Assembly (NCBI GenBank): GCA_009602735.1
Contig: WELA01002258.1
Span: forward strand, 202,746 to 266,745
DNA: 64,000 nucleotides
Direction: 5' to 3'
DNA from: Mesotaenium endlicherianum
Taxonomy: Eukaryota
Positions 1 through 12,022 of the stretch are shown here, one piece after another. Position 1 is the first letter of the stretch. Every line of letters begins with the position of its first letter. The notes under the pieces are model-generated. The model did not search any database. It had not been told where the DNA came from and saw only the letters and a list, made by a program, of their open reading frames with translations. A program made the translations under genes and the position numbers.

Positions 1-1138
1 ACTCAAGTCAATTGACTGTGAGGATGCTAGAGATATTGAGTCGTCACTAGCTGCCCTCGTAGGAGGTATTATGGGTCCTACTGAAGTGGATTCACTATGC
101 ATGCCTGACAACCAAATAAAGGAGACCATCAGCAATATACATCCCCGAGAGTGCACACTCTGGATGATCTTGTTCCACTTAATGTCCAACATTTCTTTGC
201 TAAGTCAGGAGAACAATGCGAAAGTCAAGAAAAGACAGTCCCCCCTATCCTACTGCATTGCATGATTGCAGGTAGGAAGGTGAGGGCATTCGTTGACGGA
301 GGGGCGTCACATACTTTGATCCATAAGGACTTAGTTAAGCAGCTAAGGCTGCCTACTGTCACCCATGGGAATAGAAAAATATTCCTTGGAATTGCCTCAA
401 GTATCCCGGGAGGACTTATAACCAAGCCTATTGAGGTCCAGTTAGGTTCTGGCATTGCAGTTCTAACTGAAACGCTTACATTTGAGGTACTCAACACTGG
501 CTTTTATGATCTGGTGCTAGGCAGGTCCTGGCTTAATAGACATCAAGCTGAAGTCTGTTGAAGCAAAGGTACAGTTAAAGTGAGAGGAGCCAGTGATGGG
601 CAGACTAACTTGGCACCCACCAGTGCTCTTCATCTTGTCCTGTATGGATGGCAAATGTAAGAAAAGAAGAGGTTTTCAGGAGGATGCAAATTGCTAAATG
701 CAATGGATTTCATTAAAAGCTGGAACCAGAAGAAAGATAGTTATGTCTGCTGCTGAACGGGATACCTTCTCCACTTGAAGAAGTGGTTGAGAAAAAGGTA
801 AGCCCTCGGGAGCCCTACTGCTGCAATAATTCTTGCTCAGTATGCTGAAGTTTTCAATATGCCTTCAAGATTGGAGGCAAGTAGATAATAGGATTGATTT
901 ATTACCGGGGAGTCAGCCACCCTGGCAACGCACTTATGGCTTGTCTTATGTGGAGAGTGAAGAGTTGAAAACACAGGTTGCAAAGCTGGAGAAAAATGGT
1001 TATATTTCCCCCCGTAAAACACCTTATGGGGCACCCATCCTATTTGTTAAGAAGAAGGATGGAAGTATGCAGATGTGTATGGATTACAAAGCTCTTAACA
1101 GAATTACAGTAAAAGTTTGCTTTGCCCAGAATCAAGGA
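1..1138 (+). pseudogene. pol: Element A pol, part 1 (aspartic protease and start of RT), with stops and frameshifts
   Basis: [22 protein letters not shown] and [26 protein letters not shown]; near-identical to the pol of C. Confidence 0.92.
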
Positions 1139-1641
1139 TGTAGTGAAACAGATAGATAAAGTACTTAATAAAACAGAATACTTTATCTATTCAAGACAAG
1201 GATCTTTGAACACAAGTGGTAGCTTCTTGAAAGAGAGATGGCTTCTTGAAAGTTTATATATTTCTGGAATTTGGCAAGTACAAGCGTGATTATGGAATGT
1301 TTTTCTATGTTCTAGCTCTTGCTTATATACTTGCTACATAAGTAATTTCTAAGAAGGTGCATGTTGATGTGTTGGCACCCAACACATCCCAAAATTTGCC
1401 ACCTCTTTCTAGAATAATGTACACATGTCCTTTTGACCTAAAAATGGCACATTTGACTTTTGCCATGTGGAGTTCTTCTAGGTTTTTCCTCTAACTTCGA
1501 AAATGCCTTACAAGGTTCAAAAGACATGAACCAAGTCACTAGAGTACCTATTCACACTTGAATCCACACAATACTACTCCAAATATATTTGAAAACATTG
1601 AAATATATGCAAACCAATATATAATAACTCAAATCACTACA
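1139..1641 (-). repeat. Element B 3' LTR (503 bp)
   Basis: Direct repeat of 7221-7723 with about 18 substitutions by eye; PPT GGCGGGGGGGTGA adjoins it on the minus strand at 1642-1654. Confidence 0.96.
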
Positions 1642-1681
1642 TCACCCCCCCGCCAGAAAAAGCGACGTCTCGGCGCGTCAA

Positions 1682-1810
1682 GTCAGGTCTTACACATGTG
1701 GAGCAGACTAGTCAACAGCTTCAAGTCAGATGCCACACATGTGAAGAGGATTAGTCCAAGGCGCCACGTCAGGTGCTACACATGTAAGGTAGACTAGGCA
1801 AGGTCGTGGG
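1682..1810. repeat. Three imperfect 43-bp tandem repeats in the 3' UTR of B
   Basis: GTCAG.....ACACATGT....AG..TAG units start at 1682, 1725 and 1768. Confidence 0.75.
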
Positions 1811-2404
1811 TGGTGTGACCTTGTTGGCTAGCCTACTCCTTGATGATAAAGAAAATTGTACAAGTTGGCCCAGAATCTGCCACGAATTCAAAAATTCATA
1901 GCGTCCACAGAATTGCTCCAAATCTAAAAATTTGAGTGCCAAACGGACCTTGTTAGAAAAACCTACCGGATCACCAAATTTGAGAGCATTCTAATTTCTG
2001 GAGTGTCGTTGAGAGCTGAGAGAGTAGGCACCTTTGCAAATCTGTGCAGAAACTTCTGAGAATTGTAAGTCCTTCTATGCTTCTCCAAATTCTGCAAACT
2101 AAGTCTCAAACTGGGTTTTGTAAGATGTTCTACCAGAGGCTTGAGTTTCAGAGCATTCCAAGTTCAGGAGAGGGCACAATGTCAGAAGACATATTCTGCC
2201 CTAACAATGCCAGCAGCTTGACCCCCTTCTACTTAGCGCATCATATCTCTCTCACCAGTGCTCCAAATTGAGCAAACTTGGACTCTAAATGATTGGCTAC
2301 TTATGGGCTACAGCCAGGTAAATTTTCAGAATTTATTATGCAAAGACCTATCACCAGTATCAGTTTTAGTTTTCTGTCCAAAAACTGCAAGAAGAGAAAA
2401 GTGT

Positions 2405-5400
2405 CTAATGTCGTTTTTTCCTCTTTGTGGTTCTTGCGGGCTGCCTCCAAGGGGTCTTCTGCTGCTTCTTGATGGTGGCAGGCTGCCTCCCTGAAGTCTC
2501 CGGGCTTCTAGTAGAGAGACTTCGGGCTGGTCCAAGATGGGGGTTGGCGGCATGGAAGCGCTTCAACTTTCTCTGAACTTTGTCAAGGTAGTGCGCCGCC
2601 ACCCAACTATTCTCTGAATCTGGATATCCTTTCCACTTGATCAAGTATTGCTGCTGTCTCCTGAAATTTCTCATAGCCACTATGTCTTCCACTTTGTACT
2701 CCAAATCATTATCCACTATTGTTGGGGCTGGTGGGGTTGTCACACGTCCTGGGAACTTGTTGTCGGGTTGCACATATGGCTTGAAGAGGGAAGCGTGGAA
2801 TACGGGGTCGATGTGCATAGTCTGGGGAAGTTCTAGCTTGAAAGCAACGGGGTTGACTTGCTGGATAATCTTGAAGGGTCCCAAATACTTGGGAGAGAAC
2901 TTTCTGCCGGCAGGCCTGTTGTTCAGGGAAATATTCTTGGATGATAGTAACACGTTGTCACCCACAATGTATGTAATTTCTCTTCTGGACCTGTTTGCCA
3001 CTCTTGCTTGAGCATCTTGCGCCTGTTATAGAGCTTTCTTCGCTGCTATAAGGGCCGCTTCTAATGTCTCCATAAAATCTGTTGCTGCAGGTACTTCATC
3101 ATGGCCAGCCGTGAAGCTCACCGGCGTGGTTGGATGGAAGCCATAGTTGAGGAAGAATGGGGACTCTTGGGTAGAGGCTTGCGTCGTGTTGTTGTAGGCA
3201 AACTCCAGGGGGGTCAAGTACATGTCCCAATCTTGCTCTAGAGTAGACACGTAGGCCTTTAGAGAGGTCTTTAGGGTACGATTCATACGCTCGGTTTGCC
3301 CATCTGATTGTGGGTGGTAGGCGGTAGACATATCCAGCAATGTACCGAAGTTCTTGAAGAGATTTTTCCAGAAATGGCTTGTGAATCTTGGGTCTCTATC
3401 TGACACAATTCTTGATGGTAGTCCATGGAGTCGGAAGATGTTGTCAAAGATGAGTCTTGCAAGTTGTGGTGCTGTAGCCTTAGTCGTCGTGGGAATAAAA
3501 TGAGCCATCTTAGTAAGTTTGTCCACCACCGTGAGTATTGCATTATGGCCTCGAGGTGTCACGGGCAAGTCCACGATAAGGTCCATTGAGATGTCCGTCC
3601 ATTGTCTTTCGGGGATTGGTAGTGGTTGGAGGAGTCCTCCCGCCTTTTGCGATGATGGCTTGATTCTTTGGCATGTGTCACAGCTCCTGCAGTACTCCTT
3701 GACTTGCATAGACATGCCTGGCCAACAATAAGTCCTAGCTAGAACGCCCGTGGACCTTAGGATTCCAAAGTGTCCTCCAAGAGGGTTGTCGTGTGCTTCT
3801 CGTAGAAGCAAGAGCCGGAGGTCTATGTCATTAGGATCACATCTCTGGCTCGTGTCTTGCCTCACCTAATAATTGCCTTCTTGCTTCTTGTATGGGTCCA
3901 AGGTTGCTTCTCCGTTCTTGTAGTAAGGGTCTCTTTCATAGGCGGCTGAAAATCGAGCTTCCAGATCTGTCTTCAGCGATGTCATCACTGCGTTTAATTG
4001 CAGTCTTGAGAGGGGGTCAGCCGGGTTTGTCTTGCCGGGCTGGTACTGAATTGTGATGTTGTATTGTTGCAAGTATCCGCTCCATCTTGCTTGTCTCCTT
4101 GAGAGATACGGCTGCGTCTGGAGGTGCTTTAACGCCTCGTGGTCCGTGGTGACCAGTACCTTGCGTCCTTCAACGTAGCAGCGCCAAACCTTCAAGGCAT
4201 GTACAATCGCCAATGCCTCTCGCTCCGTGGTTGTGTGATTTTGCTCGGCCGGATTTAGCTTCCTTGACTTGTACGCAATGTGCTGCAGTCCCTTGCCGTG
4301 GTCTTGACGCAGGATTGCTTCTATTGCATAGGAAGATGCATCGGTGATGACATGGAAGGGCCAATCTGGGTTTGGACTTGGGAGTGTGAGCACCAAGTAT
4401 GTGGTCAATTTTCGCTTTAACTCTTGAAATGCCTCTTCCTCTTTCTCTGTCCATGTATATAGGCTGTCCTTCTTGAGTAGATATGTCAGGGGGGCTGCTA
4501 TGTGCGACAAGCCTTGGATGAATTTTCTGTACCAATTGGCAAGTCCCAAGAATGACTGGAGTTCTTTCTTGGTCGTGGGGGTTGGCCATTCCTCCACCAC
4601 CGTGGTCTTCTTGGGGTCCATCTTGATGCCATCAGCAGTCACGTGGAGACCTAGGAACTCCACTTCTTGTTTGGCAAACTCGCACTTTGACTCCTTTGCA
4701 AATAGCTTGTTTTGCTTCAATACTTCAAGGACTTCTTTCAAGTGTCTCGCATGCTCTTCAAGGGTCTTGCTGTAGATAAGGATGTCATCGATGAATACCA
4801 CCACAAATCTGTCCAACATGGGCTGAAATATGGTGTTCATCATAGTCATGAAAGTTGCTGGCGCGTTGGTGAGTCCAAATGGCAGGACCATGAACTCAAA
4901 ATGTCCATATCTTGTCCTGAATGCCGTCTTCTCTATGTCCGGTTCTGCGATGCGAATCTGGTGGTAGCCGCTCCGTAAGTCAATCTTCGTGAAGTACTTG
5001 GCTCCAACCAGCCGGTCCATGAGCTCATCCATGCGCGGCAGCGGGTATCGATTCTTGATGGTGATCTTGTTGAGGGCGCGATAGTCCACACACATCCTCA
5101 AGGTACCATCTTTCTTCTTGACAAATAGCACCGGGGCTCCAAATGGCGACTTGCTAGGTCGAATGAAGCCATGCTCCAGTAGCTCCTTGATTTGCTTCTT
5201 GACTTCGTCTAGCTCCGTGTATGACATTTTGAACGTAGGCCGAGAGATGGGCTTGCTTCCGGGCTCCAACTCTATCTTGTGGTCTGCGAATCTCTTGGGG
5301 GGTAAGCCCTTGGGCAATTCCGGGGAGAATACTTCTTTGTAGTCCTCTAAGACTTCTTGTATCTCCTTGGGAACGGGACTGCCTTCTTGACTCTCAATGT

Positions 5401-5973
5401 CTTTCTTGATGTCTTTTGGCGTGATCAAGGTCAAAAGAAGCTCGTGTCCCTTCCTCACAAGTCTCTTGAGTTGGAGGGCGGACAATAGTATCTCGTGTGC
5501 CGGCTTCTTGATGTCTTGGGTCTGGATATTCTAGATTGCGCGCAAAATACAGATTCTTGAAGTGATGTCATTCTTGATCTTGATAGTACCGGTCCTCCAA
5601 TCAACTTGGGGGTTGTGCTTGGTCAACCAAGGCGTCCCTAGGATGACGTCGTACTTGCCCAATTGCATGGGGGAGAACACTACTCTATCCTTGAAGGACT
5701 TGATAGAGAGTGCCAAGGGGTACGTCTTCTTGGAAGGGGTAGTATAGGAGAATCCATCGGGCATCATAATCTCCTCGTCGTGGTCNAATTGGGCATCATA
5801 ATCTCCTCGTTGTGGTCAAGAGTTCGCATAGTAATACCGTGCTTGGTGGCAAAATCTGCAGCGATGAAGTTGCCTTGAGCTCCGCTATCCACCAAGATGT
5901 GGACCTTCTCTCCTCCAAGGTAACCTCTCAAACTCATTGGGGCTGGAACGTCGTCTTCAACGGGGGTCTCCAC
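2405..5973 (-). pseudogene. pol: Element B pol (PR-RT-RNase H-integrase-chromodomain) with three in-frame stops
   Basis: [34 protein letters not shown] zinc finger; SDRDPRF; HPQSDGQTERMN; KYLGPFKI; chromodomain YKVEDIV..QYLIKWKGYPDSENSW. Stops at 5531, 3866 and 3026. Confidence 0.93.
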
Positions 5974-6181
5974 CTCACTTGTCTTGTTGCCTTCTCGTGA
6001 AGTGGGTCTTGGGGTGGTAGGCTCCTGGCCTACCGGCGCTGTCCAGCCGTCATAAGAGCTTCTTTTTCAGTCGGGGAGAGTCTTGCTTTCACTCCTTGCT
6101 GGTTTCTTGCATCATAAGTGTCATTAGAGGGTCTTCCACTCTTCCGGGCAGCCACGGGGTCCCTTTTNCACGGGGTCCCTT

Positions 6182-7183
6182 TTAATAACTCCGGTTTTCC
6201 ATGGGTGTGGGTCCAGATTTGGATGTGGAAGGGGCTGCGTACACCCGCGTCGCCGGTACCTGTGAAGATGAAGGCACGGAGTGCTTGAAATCCAAGGTAT
6301 CCACCTTTTGGGCCACTTCAATGATCTTTGAGAAGTCCGTCAAGTCGCGTAATTCCACTTCCTTTGCCACCTTGGGTTTGAGGCCAAAGATGTAGCGGTC
6401 AATCTTCTCCTCGAGAGACATGTTGGGGATCTCAAGAGTGAGGGCGTGAAATCTGGATGTATACTCTTGAACGGACGTCGTTTGCTTGAGATGGTGGAGC
6501 TTTCCTCGGGCAATCTTCTCCGCATTGATGGGCATGAATTGCTTCTTGAGGGCCTCACGAAAATCTGCCCATCTTGCATATGATGGTGGGGGCTCTTGGC
6601 CGAGCATGGGGTGCGCCATAGCTTGATATATAGCCGCTTGATAGTTACGCCACCATGATGTTGCTGCTCCACTAAGTAAGGTAACGGCAAAGGGAACGTA
6701 TTCCTCCTCAGGTACTTCAAGGAACGCGAGGTAAGTCTCCACTTGGTAGAGCCATAAATTCAGGTTGGCACCTTTCCCGGGGTTGAAAGTGTCGGGTTTG
6801 CCGGGCTTGATGGGTTTCCTTGCTCTCGTTGGCTCTTGTGGAGGCGCTTGAGCCGGGGCTGGATTTTGAGCATTGCTCGCAATAGGGGCAACCATGGCAG
6901 CCATAGCTTCTCTTGACGCTTGCACGGTTGCTTCATAGGTAGCCAAGCCCACTTGGTTGTGGACGGTCATTATGAAAGCTGCCCACTTATTTGCGGGAAC
7001 TCCTTGTGGTGGGGTCAACTTTTCTATAGCGGCTGCCACGGGATTTGACGGTGCTCCTCCTTGTGGTCCTTCTTGTTGTTGCAGATTTTCTTGAGTGGGC
7101 TCTCCCATCGGCGTTGGAGGAGGGTGTCTTGGAGAAGAAGGGCTTCCTTTGAAAGCTTGCTGTTGGTCTTGAGGATCGGCCAT
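6182..7183 (-). CDS. gag: Element B Gag (3' end damaged)
   Basis: Starts just after the PBS; KPDTF..WL..VE, A.SWW, LKQTTSVQEYTSRF, YIFGLKPKV, PTPME. Confidence 0.88.
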   Translation of the reverse strand: MADPQDQQQAFKGSPSSPRHPPPTPMGEPTQENLQQQEGPQGGAPSNPVAAAIEKLTPPQGVPANKWAAFIMTVHNQVGLATYEATVQASREAMAAMVAPIASNAQNPAPAQAPPQEPTRARKPIKPGKPDTFNPGKGANLNLWLYQVETYLAFLEVPEEEYVPFAVTLLSGAATSWWRNYQAAIYQAMAHPMLGQEPPPSYARWADFREALKKQFMPINAEKIARGKLHHLKQTTSVQEYTSRFHALTLEIPNMSLEEKIDRYIFGLKPKVAKEVELRDLTDFSKIIEVAQKVDTLDFKHSVPSSSQVPATRVYAAPSTSKSGPTPMENRSY

Positions 7184-7206
7184 CTTTTTGTGTTACCAAA
7201 GTGCCT

Positions 7207-7219
7207 AGCTTTGATACCA
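7207..7219 (-). promoter_or_regulatory. Element B primer-binding site (tRNA-iMet type)
   Basis: TGGTATCAAAGCT, 1 nt inside the 5' LTR boundary. Confidence 0.9.
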
Positions 7220-7220
7220 C

Positions 7221-7723
7221 TGTAGTGAAACAGATAGATAAAGTACTTAGTAAAACAGAATATTTTATCTATTCAAGACAAGGATCTTTGAACACAAGTG
7301 GTAGCTTCTTGAAAGAGAGATGGCTTCTTGAAAGTTAATATATTTCTGGATTTTGGCAAGTACAAGAGTGGTTCTGGAATGTTTTTCTATGTTCTAGCTC
7401 TTGCTTATATACTTGCTACATAAGTAATTTCTAAGAAGGTGCTTGTTGATGTGTTGGCACCCAACACATCCCAAAACTTGCCACCTCTTTCTAGAATAAT
7501 GTACACATGTCCTTTTGACCTAAAAATGGCACATTTGACTTTTGCCATGTGGAGTTCTTCTAGGTTTTTCCTCTAACTTCGAAAATGCCTTAGAAGGTTC
7601 AAAAGACACGAACCAAGTCACTAGAGTACCTATTCTCACTTGAACCCACATAATACTACTCCAAACATATTTGAAAACATTAAAATATATGCAATCTAAT
7701 ATATAATAACTCAAATCACTACA
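7221..7723 (-). repeat. Element B 5' LTR (503 bp)
   Basis: TG...CA termini, adjacent PBS, followed by TSD AAGGA. Confidence 0.96.
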
Positions 7724-10189
7724 AAGGACTTGCTTGATACCCTGTCTGGTGCTAAAGTGTTCAGTTTGATAGATCTTAAGAGTGGTTATTATCAAATCAG
7801 AATTGCTGAGAGGGACGAACACAAACCTGCTTTTTGCACACGTTAAGGACATTATCAATTCAATGTGACGCCATTTGGACTGACTAATGCTCCTGCAACC
7901 TTTATGGGTTTCATGAATGACATTTTCAGGCCTTACTTGGATAAGTTTGTGCAAGTCTTCTTGGATGATATTTTAATTTTCTCTAAAAATGAAGCTGAGC
8001 ATGCTGAGCACTTAAACACAGTCATGGACACTTTAAGAACAAATTAATTATACGCTAAAATGAGCAAGTGTGATTTCTTCAAAGAAAGTATTGAATTCTT
8101 GGGCCACGTTGTCAGTAAAGCAGGCATTAGTGTGGATCTAAAGAAAGTCCAGACCATAAGGGATTGGACAGTACCACAGTCTGTCTCGGAAGTTAGATCC
8201 TTCCTTGGGTTGGCTAACTATTATAGGACATTCATTGAAAATTATTCTACAAGGGCCAGTAAACTGACTAACCTTTCTTAGGACATAGGGTACGTGTGGG
8301 GGGAAGAGCAGCAAGCTGCCTTCCAGACCCTTAAAGATGCTCTTTGTTCTACCCCAGTCTTAACTATGTATGACCCCAGCAAACCTGTGCAGGTGGTTAC
8401 TGATGCTTCTGACTTTGCCATGGGTGCTATTTTGTTGCAGCCCGCCGACAAAACCACGAAGGATGGTAAGTTAAAGCGGGAGTGGCACCCTGTGCTGTAT
8501 TAGTCTATGAAATTCAATCCAGCTGAGGTTAACTATTGTGTGCATGATAAAGAGCTGCTTGCTATCATTCATGTTCTCAAACAGTGGAGAGCATACTTAC
8601 ATGGTGAGGCTTTTACGGTGATTACAGATCACTAGCTCTGACTCACTTTCAGAAGAAGTCCAAGCTGTCGAGGAGGGAGAACCGCTGGAGCCAGATGCTG
8701 GAGCAAGTCCAGATGGACTACAAACCAAGGAAGTTGAATCTTGCTGATGCACTCTCTAGAAGACCTGACTTGCAAGAAAGGAACTTTAGTCAGCATGCTG
8801 CAAACAAGGTCCTATGTGCACGCACTTCATTAAAAGTCAAAGAGTCCTTCCTTGAACAACTTAGGAAAGTCTACCTTTCTGACCCAACATTTGAGCCCAG
8901 CCCAACTGATGGTGCGTGTGTTGCTAATACACTCGAATATAGGTTGAAGGGAGGGGTCTGGATAACTGAAACTACTTCAGGACGACCAAAGTTGGTGATT
9001 CTTAATAACTTGGAACTAGGGTCTTTATTACTTAGGCAGGCTCATGACAATGTAGTGGGTGGACATTTGGGGCAAGCCAAAACTGTTGGCAAATTGGCAA
9101 AACATTATCATTGGAATGGGTTGCCTCGGGAGGTCTTGAACTATGTTAAGTCTTGTGATTAGTGTCAAAAAAATAAGTCTAGGCACACACCACCCGGGGG
9201 GCTATTACAACCCTTACCCATCCCAGCTGGACGCTGGGAAACAATATCCATGGACTGGGTGGTAACACTACCAAGAACTGCCAATGGGCATGATTCTATA
9301 TTGGTAGTAGTGGAGAAATTGACAAAAATGGTCATTTTCATCCCCACCACTATCAAGGTGACTGCACTCGAAACTGCGAGACAGTTCTACAACCATGTAG
9401 TATGCCAACATGGGCTACCCTCTAATATTATCTCAGACAAAGACTCAAAATTTACCTCTACGTTCTGGAGAGCTTTAATGGGGTTAATGGGAGTCAAACA
9501 GCTGCTCAGCACAGCAAACCAACCTCAGACTGATGGGCAGATTGAACGAACTAACCGAGTTCTGCAAGAGGTGCTGAGAGCATATATTAACAAAGAACAA
9601 GATAATTGAGATCACCTGTTGCCTCAAATTCAATTTGCGGTCAACAGTGCGGTGCACGTGTCAACAGGATAGGCTCCTTCTGAACTCAGTCTGGGTAGAG
9701 TACCTAAGTCTCCTTTAGATGTGCTAGGGAAGTCTTTAACTAACCTTGAGGGAATTGACAATCCGATATCTCTCCACTTAACTCAGGAGTTTGTTGACAC
9801 CCTGTCAGAAGTCCAACACAATCTGCACAAAGTCCAGGAAAATCAACAAAAACGCGCTAATGAACTCCGTCGGGAGCTGACATTCTCAAAGGGGGATTTG
9901 GTCAAACTGCATTCTCAACACCTGTACCTGCCTGGTGTGGTCAAGAAAAAGCTTGGTCCGGTCTGGGTCGGTCCATATTCGGTGGTGCGTCGTGTCGGTC
10001 AGCACGCTTACAAACTGAACATGTCAGCGGAATACAAGGGTCACCTAGTCTTTAATGTCTCCTTCCTGGAACCCTACATCAAGGGTGACGCTCTGTTCAC
10101 CGGTCGGTTACCTGTCCAACCGGGCCGGTCCCAGCTGTCAGGGATGGTGACCCTGAGGAATATGAGATCGAGGAGATTTAGACGCTCCC
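7724..10189 (+). pseudogene. pol: Element A pol, part 2 (RT, RNase H, integrase, start of chromodomain)
   Basis: [30 protein letters not shown] and WVGPY; multiple stops relative to C. Confidence 0.92.
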
Positions 10190-11448
10190 TGTAATGAATC
10201 AGTTCATTATTTATTTAATTAATTGCATATATAAATATAACATTAAATAAGTATTATGTCAGTATACTCACATGTGCGAGTTCATCTAAATGAATGAATG
10301 TTAATGTAATGCGAGTTTACTTACTTCGTCAAAAATGTCAGCAGGATGACTTTTGTATCACAGTGTAGTTTGCTGACTTGTTGGGAAGGTCAGCAGGATG
10401 ACTTTTGTATCATAGTATAGTTTGCTGAGATTTGTATATCAGTTATATATAGGATGTAATATCAGTAGGTTGACATCTAGTAAGCTCTCCTCATATTAGT
10501 CAGTATACTTAGCTTCAGTACGCTGAGGATAGATACATTCATTTAGATTATTATTTGTAGATTGGCACATGTGACCGTAGCATACCGAAAGTCGGAAGGT
10601 CGACTGAGATTCGGTGAACCGATGTCCTACCAGTGTGGTTAACTCCTGGGTGGGCGGAGCCGTCGTCAGTCAACTGAATAATTAGGACTTCAGTCAACCG
10701 ACCAATTAATATGGTCGTTATACCTAGATCCGAGGGTCCCAACTTAACGGGTTTCCCACGAAACGGCGCACCTTGCGCCGTGGTCAACCAGGTGGTCACT
10801 AGGTACATAGCAGGCTGGGATCTCGTGGTCCCTCATTCTGGACAGTAGGCTTTACAGTCGGATTTCTACTTGCAAGTCATGTGTGCACTTTTGGGTTCGT
10901 TCTAATGACCAGCCTTCACGGAAATTAACATGGTTGCTTTGTCTGCGCTCCAAATGGGACAAACTAAGACTTTTCGGAAAGGTCTCGTCAAGATGCATCC
11001 GTTTCCGTTAAGTTTGCTCAATTTGAAGTAGTATTGGCAAAGTTATGCCCTCTGAAATTTTGGGGTCACACAGCGGACAGATTCCATGGTTTTGCACCTA
11101 AGTCAGTGGGATGTGTTTTAGCTACATTATGGTCATCTGAATGAGAGCGCCTTTGCTATTCAGTCCCCTGACGTTGTGCATGTGCTATACATGCTTGCAT
11201 GCCTGGTAGGCAAGAGGCCATGAGTTTCTAAAGGAGAAGCTCTACTCCTCAAGCTCGCCTCTTTCTTGTGCCTTGTATTCGCGTGCAACTATGGCACACT
11301 ACGATGAGTGAATCAAGGGTTATAGATGAGTAAACGGAATTCATTGTAAGGGCAAAGATCGCTCCCTGATTTCACACGCTTCCACCTATCTCTGATTGTT
11401 TATATTTAAATGAAATATAGTAATCTTGAATAAGCAAGATTCATTTCA
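10190..11448 (+). mobile_element. Solo LTR (1259 bp) of a related family, inserted in the chromodomain of A
   Basis: Termini TGTAATGAATC...GATTCATTTCA, TSD CTCCC at 10185-10189 and 11449-11453; the chromodomain of A resumes after it. Confidence 0.88.
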
Positions 11449-11609
11449 CTCCCTCTGTTCGTCGATCATCTAAATATATCATGAAATATCTGGTCAGATG
11501 GAAGGGTTACGATGCCTCGGGGGATACTTGGGAATTTAAGGACCATCTGACCAATGCCAAAGGGGCGTTGAAACGATTCCAATTTCGGACGGCTTGGGCA
11601 CCTCCCTAA
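11449..11609 (+). pseudogene. pol: Element A pol, part 3 (rest of chromodomain)
   Basis: [32 protein letters not shown] matches the C-terminus of C pol. Confidence 0.9.
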
Positions 11610-12022
11610 TTGTCATTTCACTTGACATGGGAAGGTGATAGGAGGCCCTGTCTCCAATTAAGTTGGAGGGAAAATGTGTGAGTAAATGACAGTTAGTGTG
11701 CGAGAAATGGACGAAAATTGACAATAAGGTGACAGCATAGTGCAGATGTGACAGTCAGGCCCACATTAAGCTAAGTTGGAGAGTGCCCACCACTCGGAAG
11801 GAGAAAGGGACCAACACTTCAACAATTCACTTATTCCATCCTGCACACACATTCATCCGTTAATTCTCATTGCACTGCAGCCCCATTGACTCCTAATAAT
11901 CACTCTGTAAGGTAAAATGGGAGCAAACCTACCACCATAATAATACCAACTATTTCTCTTCCTGCATGTCCTGTGACAAAGATTGAGATCCTACTAACTT
12001 ATGCCCTGGTTATATGTGCAAG

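Larger units (their letters stand above)
1139..7723 (-). mobile_element. Element B: full-length chromodomain Ty3/gypsy retrotransposon of a different family, inserted in the RT of A
   Basis: Two 503-bp LTRs (TGTAGTGA...TCACTACA), 5-bp TSD AAGGA at 1134-1138 and 7724-7728, PBS, PPT, gag and pol. Confidence 0.96.

Noticed and set aside
1682..1810. Regularly spaced repeats as a CRISPR-like array
   Set aside because: Only three contiguous imperfect tandem units with no unique spacers and no cas genes, inside a eukaryotic retrotransposon
5760..5817. Short direct duplication in the protease region of B
   Set aside because: The two copies flank a single N, typical of an unmerged contig overlap
6153..6183. 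CACGGGGTCCCTTT duplication at the end of B gag as a recoding signal
   Set aside because: Also centred on a single N; most likely an assembly artefact
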